A stretch of DNA of 64,000 bases, taken from an uncultured Acidobacteriota bacterium. GTDB lineage: Bacteria > Actinomycetota > Acidimicrobiia > Spongiisociales > ZC4RG35. Shown in pieces: positions 47,883-57,258 of the stretch; the stretch's first letter is position 1, and each line of letters begins with the position of its first letter. The stretch lies in contig CAWACX010000002.1 of the NCBI GenBank assembly GCA_963780755.1, positions 273,426-337,425 of the forward strand, written 5' to 3'. The position numbers and the translations under genes were made by a program. A model generated the notes under the pieces. It made no database searches and was not told the origin of the DNA. It was given only the letters and a program-made list of their open reading frames with translations.

Positions 47883-48541
47883 GGGGTCAGAGGCTCGTCA
47901 GCTGCCTGCGGAAAGTCATGCTGACCTACGTCGGAATCGAAGACGGCCCTCCGCAACGACGGCCGGAAGCCACGCACGCTGTCCGGGTTGCCCTGCACCC
48001 GCCTTACCATGAGCACCGTCGAGAGCAACAACAGGAAGAGGTATTCGGTCGGCGGGCGCCCCATGGCGATGGCGACTATCGGAAGCAGGCCCCAACCGAG
48101 GAACCCGGCGACCCCACCTCCGATCTTCCACCCCGCCACCGCCCACCCGGTGGTCCACACCAGGAGCACCGGATCGAGGGCCATGATCACTCCAACCGAG
48201 GTCGCGAGACCCCGTCCGGAGCGCCCTCTCATGAAGATCGACCAGTTGTGGCCTATGACCGCTGCCAGGCCGGCGATCCCCGCGGCGCCCGGGCCCAGAC
48301 CCATCTCCTTAGCGATCAATACCGGGATCAGGCCTTTGAAGCCGTCGAGGAGACCGGCGGCCAGACCCCACCCCGGGCCAGCGACCTTGGTGAGATTCCC
48401 CGCGCCGACATTTCCGGTCCCGGCCTCTCTGAGATCGATGCCCTTGACCCGCGCCAGGACCTGGGCGAACGGAATCGACCCCAAGAAGTAGGCCCCCACG
48501 ACGAGAAGTGGCCAGTAGATGAGCGACACAGACCCTGGCAT
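47879..48541 (-). CDS. plsY: glycerol-3-phosphate acyltransferase PlsY
   Basis: YFLGSIPFAQVLARVKGIDLREAGTGNVGAGN. Start taken at MPGSVSL (48541). Confidence 0.85.
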   Translation of the reverse strand: MPGSVSLIYWPLLVVGAYFLGSIPFAQVLARVKGIDLREAGTGNVGAGNLTKVAGPGWGLAAGLLDGFKGLIPVLIAKEMGLGPGAAGIAGLAAVIGHNWSIFMRGRSGRGLATSVGVIMALDPVLLVWTTGWAVAGWKIGGGVAGFLGWGLLPIVAIAMGRPPTEYLFLLLLSTVLMVRRVQGNPDSVRGFRPSLRRAVFDSDVGQHDFPQAADEPLTP

Positions 48542-48664
48542 CCGGCGAAAGACACTAGTTGTGAATCGCCGGTTTGATAGCTCGGGGTCGACCAAGCCGG
48601 CGTGTCGTCTGCCGCTCGACAGTTGATATCGTCCGCACCCGCCCACACACCCGGAGACCGAGCG

Positions 48665-50224
48665 ATGACCCTCAAGATCACCTACGCCACGATGTCAGCC
48701 GACAACGAGGAGCTGAACAGCTCCTTTGAGAAGGCCGTCGCCTCGGCCCCCGACCGCCTTGGAGCCACTCATCCCCTCTATATCGACGGGGAGGCGCGGC
48801 TTAAGGAGCAGACGGCCGAGGAGCGCTCGCCGATCGACTCGTCGGTGGTCATCGGCCGCTATTCGCTGGCCGAGGAGACCGACGTCGACGATGCGTTAGC
48901 GGCGGCCAAGGCCTTCGCTTCCGAGTGGGAGGCGTGGGGATGGGAGAAGCGCCGTGACCTGATGCTGAAGGCTGCGGACATCATGGAGAGCCGCGCCTTC
49001 GAGATGGCAGCCGACATGGCCTACGAGATCGGCAAGAACCGTCTCGAGGCACTCGGCGACATCGCGGAGACCGTCGAGTTCTTCCGCTACTACGCGAACC
49101 AGATCACCGAGCACGACGGGTTCGTCACTCCCCTCGGCACTTTGAGCCCGGAGGAGACCAACACCTCGGTGCTTCGCCCCTGGGGGGTCTGGGTGGTGAT
49201 CTCACCGTTCAACTTCCCGATGGCGTTGGCGGCAGGCCCCGCCATCGGCGCCCTGACCACCGGGAACACGGTGGTGATCAAGCCGTCGCGACAGGGTGCC
49301 CTGATGGCCCTCGAGTTCTACTCGGTGATGAGGGAGGCCGGGCTCCCGGCGTCTGCGCTTCACATCGTGACCGGCGACTCCAAGATCGGTGACTATCTGG
49401 CCCACCATCCCGACGTCGATGGCCTCACCTTCACCGGGTCATATCCCGTCGGGATGCACCTCTATCGGACGGTCAACGAGCAGCGCCCCAAGCCGGTGAT
49501 CTGTGAGATGGGGGGCAAGAACCCGGTCGTGGTGACGGCGACAGCCGACCTCGACAAGGCAGCGACAGGGGTGCTCCGCAGCGCCTTCGGGCTCAGCGGC
49601 CAGAAGTGCTCCGCGGCCTCCCGGGTGTTCGTCGAGGAGCAGGTCTACGACGAGTTCGTCGACAAACTCGTCGAGAAGACCGGGAAGCTCAGCGTGGGCA
49701 ATCCGCTCGAGCGCGAGATCTACATGGGGCCGGTCATCGACCAGGGCGTGGTGGAACGGTTCCGCAAGGCGGTCGCGGAGACCGAGTCGTCGGGAGGGAA
49801 CGTTCTCGCCGGAGGCGAGGTCCTGACCGGTGAGGACTACGACAAGGGCAACTTCGTGCAGCCCACCGTCGTGACCGTGCCCTATGACTCCTGGATCTGG
49901 GAGGAGGAGCTGTTCATGCCCTTCCTGGCGGTGGGGCCGGTGGAGTCACTGGATGAGGGGCTGCGCCGGTCGAACGAGACCGAGTTCGGGTTGACCGCCG
50001 GGTTGTTCTCGTCCGACGAGGCCGAGATCGAGCGCTGGTTCCAGGGGATCCAGGCCGGAGTCACCTACGTCAACCGGACCGCAGGTGCCACGACCGGGGC
50101 ATGGCCCAACATCCAGTCGTTCGGGGGATGGAAGGGATCGGGGACTTCGGGGGCCGGAGGCGGAGGCCCCTGGTACCTGCGCCAATTCCTCAGGGAGCAG
50201 TCCCGGACCCGGATCGAGGCCTAG
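48665..50224 (+). CDS. pruA: aldehyde dehydrogenase, L-glutamate gamma-semialdehyde (P5C) dehydrogenase-like
   Basis: FTGS, CEMGGKN, GQKCSAASRVFV. About 520 aa. Confidence 0.7.
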   Translation: MTLKITYATMSADNEELNSSFEKAVASAPDRLGATHPLYIDGEARLKEQTAEERSPIDSSVVIGRYSLAEETDVDDALAAAKAFASEWEAWGWEKRRDLMLKAADIMESRAFEMAADMAYEIGKNRLEALGDIAETVEFFRYYANQITEHDGFVTPLGTLSPEETNTSVLRPWGVWVVISPFNFPMALAAGPAIGALTTGNTVVIKPSRQGALMALEFYSVMREAGLPASALHIVTGDSKIGDYLAHHPDVDGLTFTGSYPVGMHLYRTVNEQRPKPVICEMGGKNPVVVTATADLDKAATGVLRSAFGLSGQKCSAASRVFVEEQVYDEFVDKLVEKTGKLSVGNPLEREIYMGPVIDQGVVERFRKAVAETESSGGNVLAGGEVLTGEDYDKGNFVQPTVVTVPYDSWIWEEELFMPFLAVGPVESLDEGLRRSNETEFGLTAGLFSSDEAEIERWFQGIQAGVTYVNRTAGATTGAWPNIQSFGGWKGSGTSGAGGGGPWYLRQFLREQSRTRIEA

Positions 50225-51304
50225 CCGCCCGCCTCGAATCGAATCGTCCTCCCGTCGGGATCGTCGAACTCGACGGCCTCGTCCTGGGCACGCAATTCCA
50301 GGCCCGCGCTCTCCAGGTGGTCCGCCCATCGCGGCAGGTCCTCGACAACGAACGTGAGAGTGCGGGGCTCTGCGTCCCCGCCTTCCACCAGTTCCAGCAG
50401 CTGCCCCTTGGAGGGCTCGAGGATGGCGCCGGCCACCCCGCTGGCCGGAGACCTCATGTGGGCGAAACCGAGCCGGTCCTCGTAGAAAGCCAACGAGTCC
50501 GCCAGCGACTTGACCCCGACCCGGATCCGGGTTGCGGCAACCCCGCCTGGAGCCCGCAGCGGCCCCACCCCGGCGATCACCGACTTGGCCTCCTCGATCG
50601 TGAACCGGCCCACGGTGACTTCCCGGCCGACGACGATCCCGGCCAGATAGCGGCCCGCCGACTCGAGCCGGACCAGCTTGCGGAGATCCTCCAGGTCCCG
50701 AACCCCGCCGGCGGCGATCACCGGCTGCTCCACGGTGGCCAGGGATTCGGCCATGATCTGATAGTTGGGCGGGTCTTCGAGTGCGTCCCGGCCGGCTTCG
50801 GAGACCATGAAGGAGGCCACGCCCGCCAGAGGACATCTCGATCAGGACCTCCTCCAGATATCGGCCGCTGTTCTGCGTCCAGCCCTTGGTGACGATCTCC
50901 CCGTCCTTGTGGACGTCGATGGAGACCGCGATCTTCTCCGGGTGCTCTCGGCACAGGTCCCAGACCATGTTCTGGTTCTCGATCGCCGCGGTGCCCATCA
51001 CGATCCGCCAGGCACCGTTCTCGATGAGGCGGGTCGCCTCGGCCTCGGACCTGATCCCACCCGCCACCTGGACCGGCACCGAGACCTCTCGAACCAGGCC
51101 GTCGACCAGGTCCCGATTTCGATAGTCCCCATAGGCGGCGGCGTCGAGGTCGACTATGTGGAGGATCTCTGCGCCCTGCTCGACCCAGCTCTTGGCCCGG
51201 CCGACCGGGTCGTTGTCGAGGGCGATCGCGTCTTCGAGCCGCCCACGGGGCAGGCGCACCGAGCGCCCACCCAGGATGTTGATCCGGGCATACAGGTCCA
51301 TCAC
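50221..51304 (-). pseudogene. HisA/PriA-like (beta/alpha)8 barrel fused to a C-terminal VOC/glyoxalase domain; frameshift near 50815-50830
   Basis: ORF 49946..51304 reads MMDLYARINILGGRSVRL..HIVDLDAA..VQVAGGIRS..VSIDVHKDG..IEMSSGG. It continues in ORF 50221..50820 as VASFMVSEAGRD..VIAAGGVRDLEDL..IVVGRE, then the VOC part RVGVKSLADSLAFYEDRLGF.. Confidence 0.7.
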
Positions 51305-51341
51305 GGCAAGCTAGCGATCCGGGATGAACGACGGGTTTCCG

Positions 51342-51396
51342 CCCCGTGATTTGGACCTACAGGGTGCGAATGGTGACCTGAGCGTCCAAATTTCGG
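51342..51396 (-). repeat. copy B of the stop-codon-proximal palindromic element
   Basis: The minus-strand reading starts at the base after the TAA of the Endo IV-PolDom gene: CCGAAATTTGGACGCTCAGGTCACCATTCGCACCCTGTAGGTCCAAATCACGGGG. Confidence 0.65.
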
Positions 51397-53220
51397 TTAG
51401 TCCTCACCCCCGGGCGCCATCCCCAATGCTGCTTCGGCGGCATCGAGGGTTTGCCCGCCCTCCAGCACCGGTGCGAACAGGTCTCCGTGGCGCTGGAGTC
51501 TCTCCCAGACGTTGGCGATGGTGACGTCGCCATTGCGGAGGGTGTCCACTTCTTCCCAGGTGAGCGGGGCGGCCACCGGGGCGCTGGGCCGGGGCCGCAC
51601 CGAGTACACCGAGGCCACGGTCTGACCAAAGGCGTTCCGGTTGTGGTCGACGAAGACCCGGGCCTTGCGCTTGGGCTTGTCCCACTCCATGGTCACGTCC
51701 TCAGGGTTGGCCGCGGCGAGATAGGCGCCCACCTCGCCGACGAACCGCCGCACCCGGCTGTGGCTGTGCACCGGCTCCAGGGGGACATAGACATGAAGGC
51801 CTCTCGATCCGGAGAGCTTGGGATAACCCTTGAGCCCGATCTGGCGCAGGGCCACTTCGAGGAGCTTGGCTCCGGAGACCACCTTGTCCCATGTGGCACC
51901 TTCCGAAGGGTCGAAGTCGAAGATGGCATAGGTGGGCTTGTCGAGCTCGGCTTCCGTCGAGTGGAACGGATGGACCTCGATGCAGGCCATGTTGGCGAAC
52001 CACATCAACGCCTCACGAGAGTCGGCGAGGAGGAAGTCGATGGTGCCGCCCTGGGAGTCGGAAGGCACCGGGGTGGTCCGCATCCAATCCGGCTGGTGGC
52101 CCGGCGCCCGCTTCTCGTAGAAGGACTGACCGGTGATCCCTCCCGGGTAACGACTCATGGAAAGCGGCCTGCCGGCGAGATGGGGCAGCAGCACCGGGGC
52201 CACCGAGGCGTAGTACTGGATCAGGTCGCCCTTGGTGTAGCCATCCTCGGGGAAGAACACCTTGTCCAGGTTGGAGAGGCGCAATGGACGGTCGAGCCCA
52301 ATCGGCTTGAAGTTCTCACCGTCCTTGGAAGCGGTCACGGGCGCGGGAAACGAGATGTCGGAGGTCGCCACCGGGCGCCCGTCTGCCGGCGCCGGGCGCG
52401 CCTCGAGATGGGCCCGGGCCTCCTCCCAGATCGCATCGTGGCTGGGAAGGTCGCGGGCCTCGGAGATCAGCACCATCGGAAACCCGGACTCGGCAGCGGC
52501 ATCCACCAGGGGCCCGACACGCAGGGTCCCGTCACCGTATGCGACATGCCGGATCTCACCTCCGGTCCCGAATTCGTTGTCGGAGAACTGAGTCTGGAGG
52601 GGCGTGATCATCCACCCCGGGAATTGGTCGCCCAAGAATGAGAAGACCGACTGGAACGCTTCCTTGCTGGTCAGCCCGCCACCGGTCATGGCGTGGACGT
52701 GGGCCCAATCCACCACCGGACGCACGAACGGGTACTCGGCGGCAAGCTGAGCGATGTCCCCCAGGCTCCCGAAGGACCGGTTGTTGCCCGCAGTCTCCAA
52801 TCCCATCCCCACGCCTATCCCGTCGATCTTGGAGGCGACATAGTCGAGGCGAGAGCGGATCCGGTCCATCAGGACCTCCGGCTCCTCCTCGTAGTTGGAG
52901 CCGAAGTGGGCCACGATCACCGGGGCGCCAAGCCCCCTGCCCAACTTCATGGTGTGCTCGAGAGCAGCCAGCGACTGCTTGCCCCGTGCCTCGTCGGGGA
53001 GGGTCAACCCGGCAAAGTAGGGGGCGTGGACCGAGAGCCGGACGTCACGTTCGGCGGCGAGCTCACCGAACCTCTGGCAACGCTTCTCCTTCCAGGGGAA
53101 GCCCTCGACGAAGGGCAACTCGTGGGCGGTGTGACCTTTCTCCACGAGGTTGTCCAGGTAGTCGGCGTCGTCGCCGTCCTCGGGCGGCAGATGGGAGATG
53201 CCGAAGCGGATCGCGGTCAC
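51397..53220 (-). CDS. fusion of an Endo IV-like (AP endonuclease family 2 / xylose-isomerase-like TIM barrel) domain with a LigD-type primase-polymerase domain
   Basis: N-terminal half: VHAPYFAGL, VIVAHFGS, GLETAGN, VVDWAHVHA, MVLISEA (order of Endo IV metal ligands). C-terminal half: LSNLDKVFFPEDGYTKGDLIQYY..FYEK..IFDFDP..KLSGSRGLHVYVPL..VFVDHNRN..SVRP. Confidence 0.75.
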   Translation of the reverse strand: MTAIRFGISHLPPEDGDDADYLDNLVEKGHTAHELPFVEGFPWKEKRCQRFGELAAERDVRLSVHAPYFAGLTLPDEARGKQSLAALEHTMKLGRGLGAPVIVAHFGSNYEEEPEVLMDRIRSRLDYVASKIDGIGVGMGLETAGNNRSFGSLGDIAQLAAEYPFVRPVVDWAHVHAMTGGGLTSKEAFQSVFSFLGDQFPGWMITPLQTQFSDNEFGTGGEIRHVAYGDGTLRVGPLVDAAAESGFPMVLISEARDLPSHDAIWEEARAHLEARPAPADGRPVATSDISFPAPVTASKDGENFKPIGLDRPLRLSNLDKVFFPEDGYTKGDLIQYYASVAPVLLPHLAGRPLSMSRYPGGITGQSFYEKRAPGHQPDWMRTTPVPSDSQGGTIDFLLADSREALMWFANMACIEVHPFHSTEAELDKPTYAIFDFDPSEGATWDKVVSGAKLLEVALRQIGLKGYPKLSGSRGLHVYVPLEPVHSHSRVRRFVGEVGAYLAAANPEDVTMEWDKPKRKARVFVDHNRNAFGQTVASVYSVRPRPSAPVAAPLTWEEVDTLRNGDVTIANVWERLQRHGDLFAPVLEGGQTLDAAEAALGMAPGGED

Positions 53221-53258
53221 AGCCAGAGGCTACGGCGGTCCGTCGTTAGCCTCATTTC

Positions 53259-54356
53259 ATGGCCACCCTCCGCCAAGTCGCCCTCGTCGCGGTGCTCGTC
53301 GCCATGCAGGCCTGCTCACCCGGGACCGCTGCAACGACCACAACGACCTCCCCGGCGACCACGACCACCGGCCTCGGCACGATGACCACCTCCACCACGG
53401 TGTCGACAACGACGAGCACGGTCGTCCCCACGACAACGCCCCCACCGGAACAGACGGTCCAGGTCCTGCTCCAGCCGTTCAGTGAGCTTGGCCCGGAGTG
53501 GGTGGATCTCTTTCTCCCCTACGGTGACGACGAGGAAGGGCTGGGCACCGCCCCGGGGGGTGACGGGCTCATGCTGGGCCCCGAGTACGGGACCCAGACC
53601 CCGGATGGGAACTGGTGGATCCTCGACGCCGCCAAGCAACGAGCTGCCGTCTACTCGTCGGAGGGCATCTACCAGGAGCAAGTGATGTTCCCCGAGGAAG
53701 TCCTCGTCGACGGCCAGTACTTCCCGTACCAGATGCCCCAGGCGCTGGACGACGGATCGATCGCCGCTGGTGGCTTCCGCGACGAGGACACCACTGCCCT
53801 ACTCAGGATCGTGGACCGAACAGTGACCAGCGCCAACTTCGAGGGATCGACCCCCTGGGTGACCACGGATGGCGTCCATCTCTACGGGCTGGGCTTCGAG
53901 GACGCGACTCCGTACCGGCTTGATCCAGAAAGCCCCCTGCCGGAGGCCGTCGATTACCTGATGACTCGCGCTCAGACGCCGTTCATGATCGTGGTTCAGG
54001 GCGACGAAATCCTGGTCGACCTGCCCGAACTCGGCGTGACCAGGACCCTCCAACTCCGCTATTCCGAGGAGCCCGAGGTTTCAGTGTTCGGCGGCATCGA
54101 GGTGGAGACCGGCGCCGACGGCACCTTGTTCATCCTGATCGATGGGGCTCCCGAGTCGGAGGAGTCCCTCGGGGTTGGCGGTTTTCTCAGCATCTCGCCG
54201 CAGGGTGTCGTCAGTGATGTAGAGCCGATTCGACAGCTCTTTAGCCCGGCAGACCCGGGAAGCCCGGCCCGGCTCGGAGTGTTGCCGGGGACGACCACCC
54301 CATGGTTGATGATGATCGATGAAGACGGGGTCCGGGTCTACACCAGGGCCAGTTGA
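53259..54356 (+). CDS. lipoprotein of unknown function with a long Thr-rich linker
   Basis: VALVAVLVAMQACSPG lipobox, then about 50 aa of T/S/P. The remainder is beta-rich and no family was recognised. Confidence 0.6.
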   Translation: MATLRQVALVAVLVAMQACSPGTAATTTTTSPATTTTGLGTMTTSTTVSTTTSTVVPTTTPPPEQTVQVLLQPFSELGPEWVDLFLPYGDDEEGLGTAPGGDGLMLGPEYGTQTPDGNWWILDAAKQRAAVYSSEGIYQEQVMFPEEVLVDGQYFPYQMPQALDDGSIAAGGFRDEDTTALLRIVDRTVTSANFEGSTPWVTTDGVHLYGLGFEDATPYRLDPESPLPEAVDYLMTRAQTPFMIVVQGDEILVDLPELGVTRTLQLRYSEEPEVSVFGGIEVETGADGTLFILIDGAPESEESLGVGGFLSISPQGVVSDVEPIRQLFSPADPGSPARLGVLPGTTTPWLMMIDEDGVRVYTRAS

Positions 54357-54428
54357 CCGCCTTCTTGGCCGGGAATACTCGGGCCGCCACCGCCTTTGAG
54401 CTAGGCGATATCCGAACTAGGAGCAACA

Positions 54429-54942
54429 TTGCCGATCCATCGCCTCAACCATGCGGTCCTCTACGTGAGGGACGCCGAGCGCTCGGCGCAGTTCTACGAG
54501 GAGGTCCTCGGCTTCCGCCAGGTGATGGCGTTCCCTGGTGCCGTGTTCCTTCAGGCCGAGGGCTCGACCAACGACCACGACCTGGGCCTGTTCTCGATTG
54601 GTGAAGGCGCCGCCACATCGGGTGCCGGAAGGCAGACCGTGGGCCTCTACCACCTCGCGTGGGAGGTCGACACTCTCAACGATCTTGCCGAGATCGGTCG
54701 GAAGCTCTCGGAAGCGGGCGCACTGAGCGGCGCCACGGATCACGGGACCACCAAGGCGCTCTACGCGAAGGACCCCGACGGCCTCGACTTCGAGGTCTCC
54801 TGGCTGCTGCCAGCCGACCTGCTCAGCGACGACATCGAAGTCGCTGGCGCGGCATCTGGACCTGGCCGCGGAGATCGAGCGCTTTGGGGGCGACACCCTG
54901 GGCGGGATCGGGGTCAGTCGCCCCAGAACCGTGACCGCATAG
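54429..54942 (+). pseudogene. VOC-family (glyoxalase/extradiol dioxygenase-like) protein with a C-terminal frameshift near 54820-54850
   Basis: HRLNHAVLYVRDAERSAQFYEEVLGF..LYHLAWEV..LYAKDPDGLDFEVSW is in ORF 54429..54977. A plausible tail LARHLDLAAEIERFGGDTLGGIGVSRP then TAG at 54940-42 is in the +1 frame. Confidence 0.6.
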
Positions 54943-55077
54943 CCAACCCGAATCGCGGCGCCCAAACAAGCTGGTAACGAGTGACCGCAATCGCTTGCGG
55001 GCCAACGATATCGCTGGTTATTCTCCGACCGTTCGCACTTGTCGGGGCGGACACGGCTACCTAGGAGGAGCACTGGG

Positions 55078-56178
55078 ATGCGCACCGATTCCGCCCAAAT
55101 AATGACGCCATCGAGGAGAACCTTCCTCAAGGCTCTGGGGATCACCACGGCCGTTGGCCTCATCAACGCCTGCACTAATGATGGAGGCTCGAATGGGACC
55201 GGGGCATCCACGACCGGAGGCACCGGCGGTGGCGGTGGCTCTGGCGCCGGCCAGTTCCCGGAGACCCCGGAGTGGAGCTTCACCTTCGTCAACCACGTGA
55301 CGACCAACCCATTCTTCGTCCCCACGGTTTACGGGATCGAGGACGCCGGCGCCCTTCTCGGCACCACGCACCAGTGGACCGGCTCCGAGATTGCCGACAA
55401 CGGTGAGATGGTCAATGCCTTTGAGGCCGCCATCGCCGCCGAAGCGGACGGGATCGGAATTGCCCTCGTCGACCTCGAGGCCTTCAACGGGCCCACCGAC
55501 GAGGCCCTGGCCGCAGGGATCCCGGTCATCGGTTACAACGCCGACGTGCCCAACAACCGCCTCTGCTACGTGGGCCAGGACCTCTTCGGGTCCGGCTTTG
55601 CCATGGGGCAGCGCATCGTGGAGACCGTGCAGTCCGGCAAGGTCGCCCTGTTCATCGCCACCCCGGGCCAGCTCAACATCCAGCCTCGCATCGACGGAGC
55701 GATGGCCGCGATCGAAGAGTCCGGTGCCGACATCCAGGCCGAGGCGATCACAACCGGGGCCGCCCTGGAAGACGAGTTGAGCGCGGTGGAGGCCTGGTAC
55801 CTGGGCAACGACGACGCAACCGGGATGTTCGCCGTCGACGCTGGGAGCACCCAGGCAGTCGGTCAAGTGGTGGCCTCGCAGGGTGCCCGTGACAAGGCGC
55901 TGGTCGGCGCCGGGGGATACGACCTGCTCCCGATCACCGTGGACCTGGTCGCCGACGGAACGCTGGACTTCACCATCGACCAACAGCCATACCTGCAGGG
56001 CTTCCTCCCGGTGGTCTACATGTACCTCTGGAAGCTGTCTGGCGGGGTCGTCACGCCGCCCGAGACCAACACCGGTTTGGTGTTCCTCGACGCCGAGTCA
56101 GCCACACTGTTCAAGGAGACCGCCAGCAGGTTCGAGGGCGACGCTGCCGAGCAGAAGATCGTCGAGCCGGTTGCCTGA
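55078..56178 (+). CDS. sugar ABC transporter substrate-binding protein (PBP type I), Tat/lipoprotein signal
   Basis: AGGAGG-N7-ATG at 55078. SRRTFLKALGITTAVGLINAC. Confidence 0.8.
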   Translation: MRTDSAQIMTPSRRTFLKALGITTAVGLINACTNDGGSNGTGASTTGGTGGGGGSGAGQFPETPEWSFTFVNHVTTNPFFVPTVYGIEDAGALLGTTHQWTGSEIADNGEMVNAFEAAIAAEADGIGIALVDLEAFNGPTDEALAAGIPVIGYNADVPNNRLCYVGQDLFGSGFAMGQRIVETVQSGKVALFIATPGQLNIQPRIDGAMAAIEESGADIQAEAITTGAALEDELSAVEAWYLGNDDATGMFAVDAGSTQAVGQVVASQGARDKALVGAGGYDLLPITVDLVADGTLDFTIDQQPYLQGFLPVVYMYLWKLSGGVVTPPETNTGLVFLDAESATLFKETASRFEGDAAEQKIVEPVA

Positions 56179-56247
56179 TTCGACCACGACGCGAGGACAA
56201 TCCGAGCGGTAACTTGACGCACCCTCAGGCGGGTCCATTGCGAACGA

Positions 56248-57258
56248 ATGGCGGGAGCGTCGATGACTGGTGAGCAGCGACCGTCCCTTGGGGGACGGGT
56301 TGCCGACTTCCTGATCAGGAGGCCGGAGTCGACTGTGGCGCTGGTCGCTATCGTCCTCGGTGGCTACTTCGCGTTTGTAAACGACGCCTTCCTCACCACA
56401 GACAATCTCCGGGTCGTCTCCCAGTACATGATCGCCCCCGCGATCCTGGCCACCGGTCAGGTGATGTTGCTGGTGTGTCGGGAGATCGACCTCTCGATGG
56501 GGAACGTGTACTTCATGACCCCGTTCCTGGTGTTCTTCGCCAACGAGGCCGGGCTCGCGCTGCCGTTCGCCATCGCGGTCGGCGTGCTGGGCGCCGGGGT
56601 GGTCGGGGTCCTCAACGGGGCGATCAGCATCGGGTTCGGAATCCCCTCGTTCATCGTGACCCTGGGGATGGGATTCATCATCAACGGGTTCACCCTCAAT
56701 ATCTCGGACGGGTTTCCCAAGCGTCCTCCCCAAGAAGGCGTGGCCGCCCAGATATTTGGCGCAGCTGACTTCTCCGGGCTGGTCTGGGTGGTGATCATCG
56801 TGCTTGCGATGCACATCGTGCTCAACTTCACCCGGTGGGGGGTGTACACCGTGGCCATCGGAGGCAACCCGGTGGGGGCGTCGGAGGCTGGTGTCCCCTC
56901 GACCCGGATCAAGATGCGCAACTTCGTGGTGGCGGCGATGCTCGCCGGATTCGCCGGGGTCATCGAAGGGATGCGGGTGGGCTCCTTCGATCCCGGGGCA
57001 GGGGTGTCGGGCCAAAAGGTGTTCCTGGCGGTGGCGGCTGCGGTGATCGGAGGCACGGTCCTCACCGGTGGGTACGGCACCGTGATCGGTGCCTTTCTCG
57101 GCGCCCTGGTGCTCGCCATCCTGCAAGACGGGTTCAACCTCCAGGGGGTCAGTGCGTTCACCTTCCAATTGGTCCTGGGAGCGGCGATCATCCTCGCCAT
57201 GATCCTGAATTCCCTTGCGACCAAGGCCCGGATCAGCTCACAGAGGGTCCGACTATGA
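56248..57258 (+). CDS. sugar ABC transporter permease (ribose/xylose type)
   Basis: About 9 TM helices. REIDLSMGNV and GGTVLTGGYGTVIG. Confidence 0.8.
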   Translation: MAGASMTGEQRPSLGGRVADFLIRRPESTVALVAIVLGGYFAFVNDAFLTTDNLRVVSQYMIAPAILATGQVMLLVCREIDLSMGNVYFMTPFLVFFANEAGLALPFAIAVGVLGAGVVGVLNGAISIGFGIPSFIVTLGMGFIINGFTLNISDGFPKRPPQEGVAAQIFGAADFSGLVWVVIIVLAMHIVLNFTRWGVYTVAIGGNPVGASEAGVPSTRIKMRNFVVAAMLAGFAGVIEGMRVGSFDPGAGVSGQKVFLAVAAAVIGGTVLTGGYGTVIGAFLGALVLAILQDGFNLQGVSAFTFQLVLGAAIILAMILNSLATKARISSQRVRL

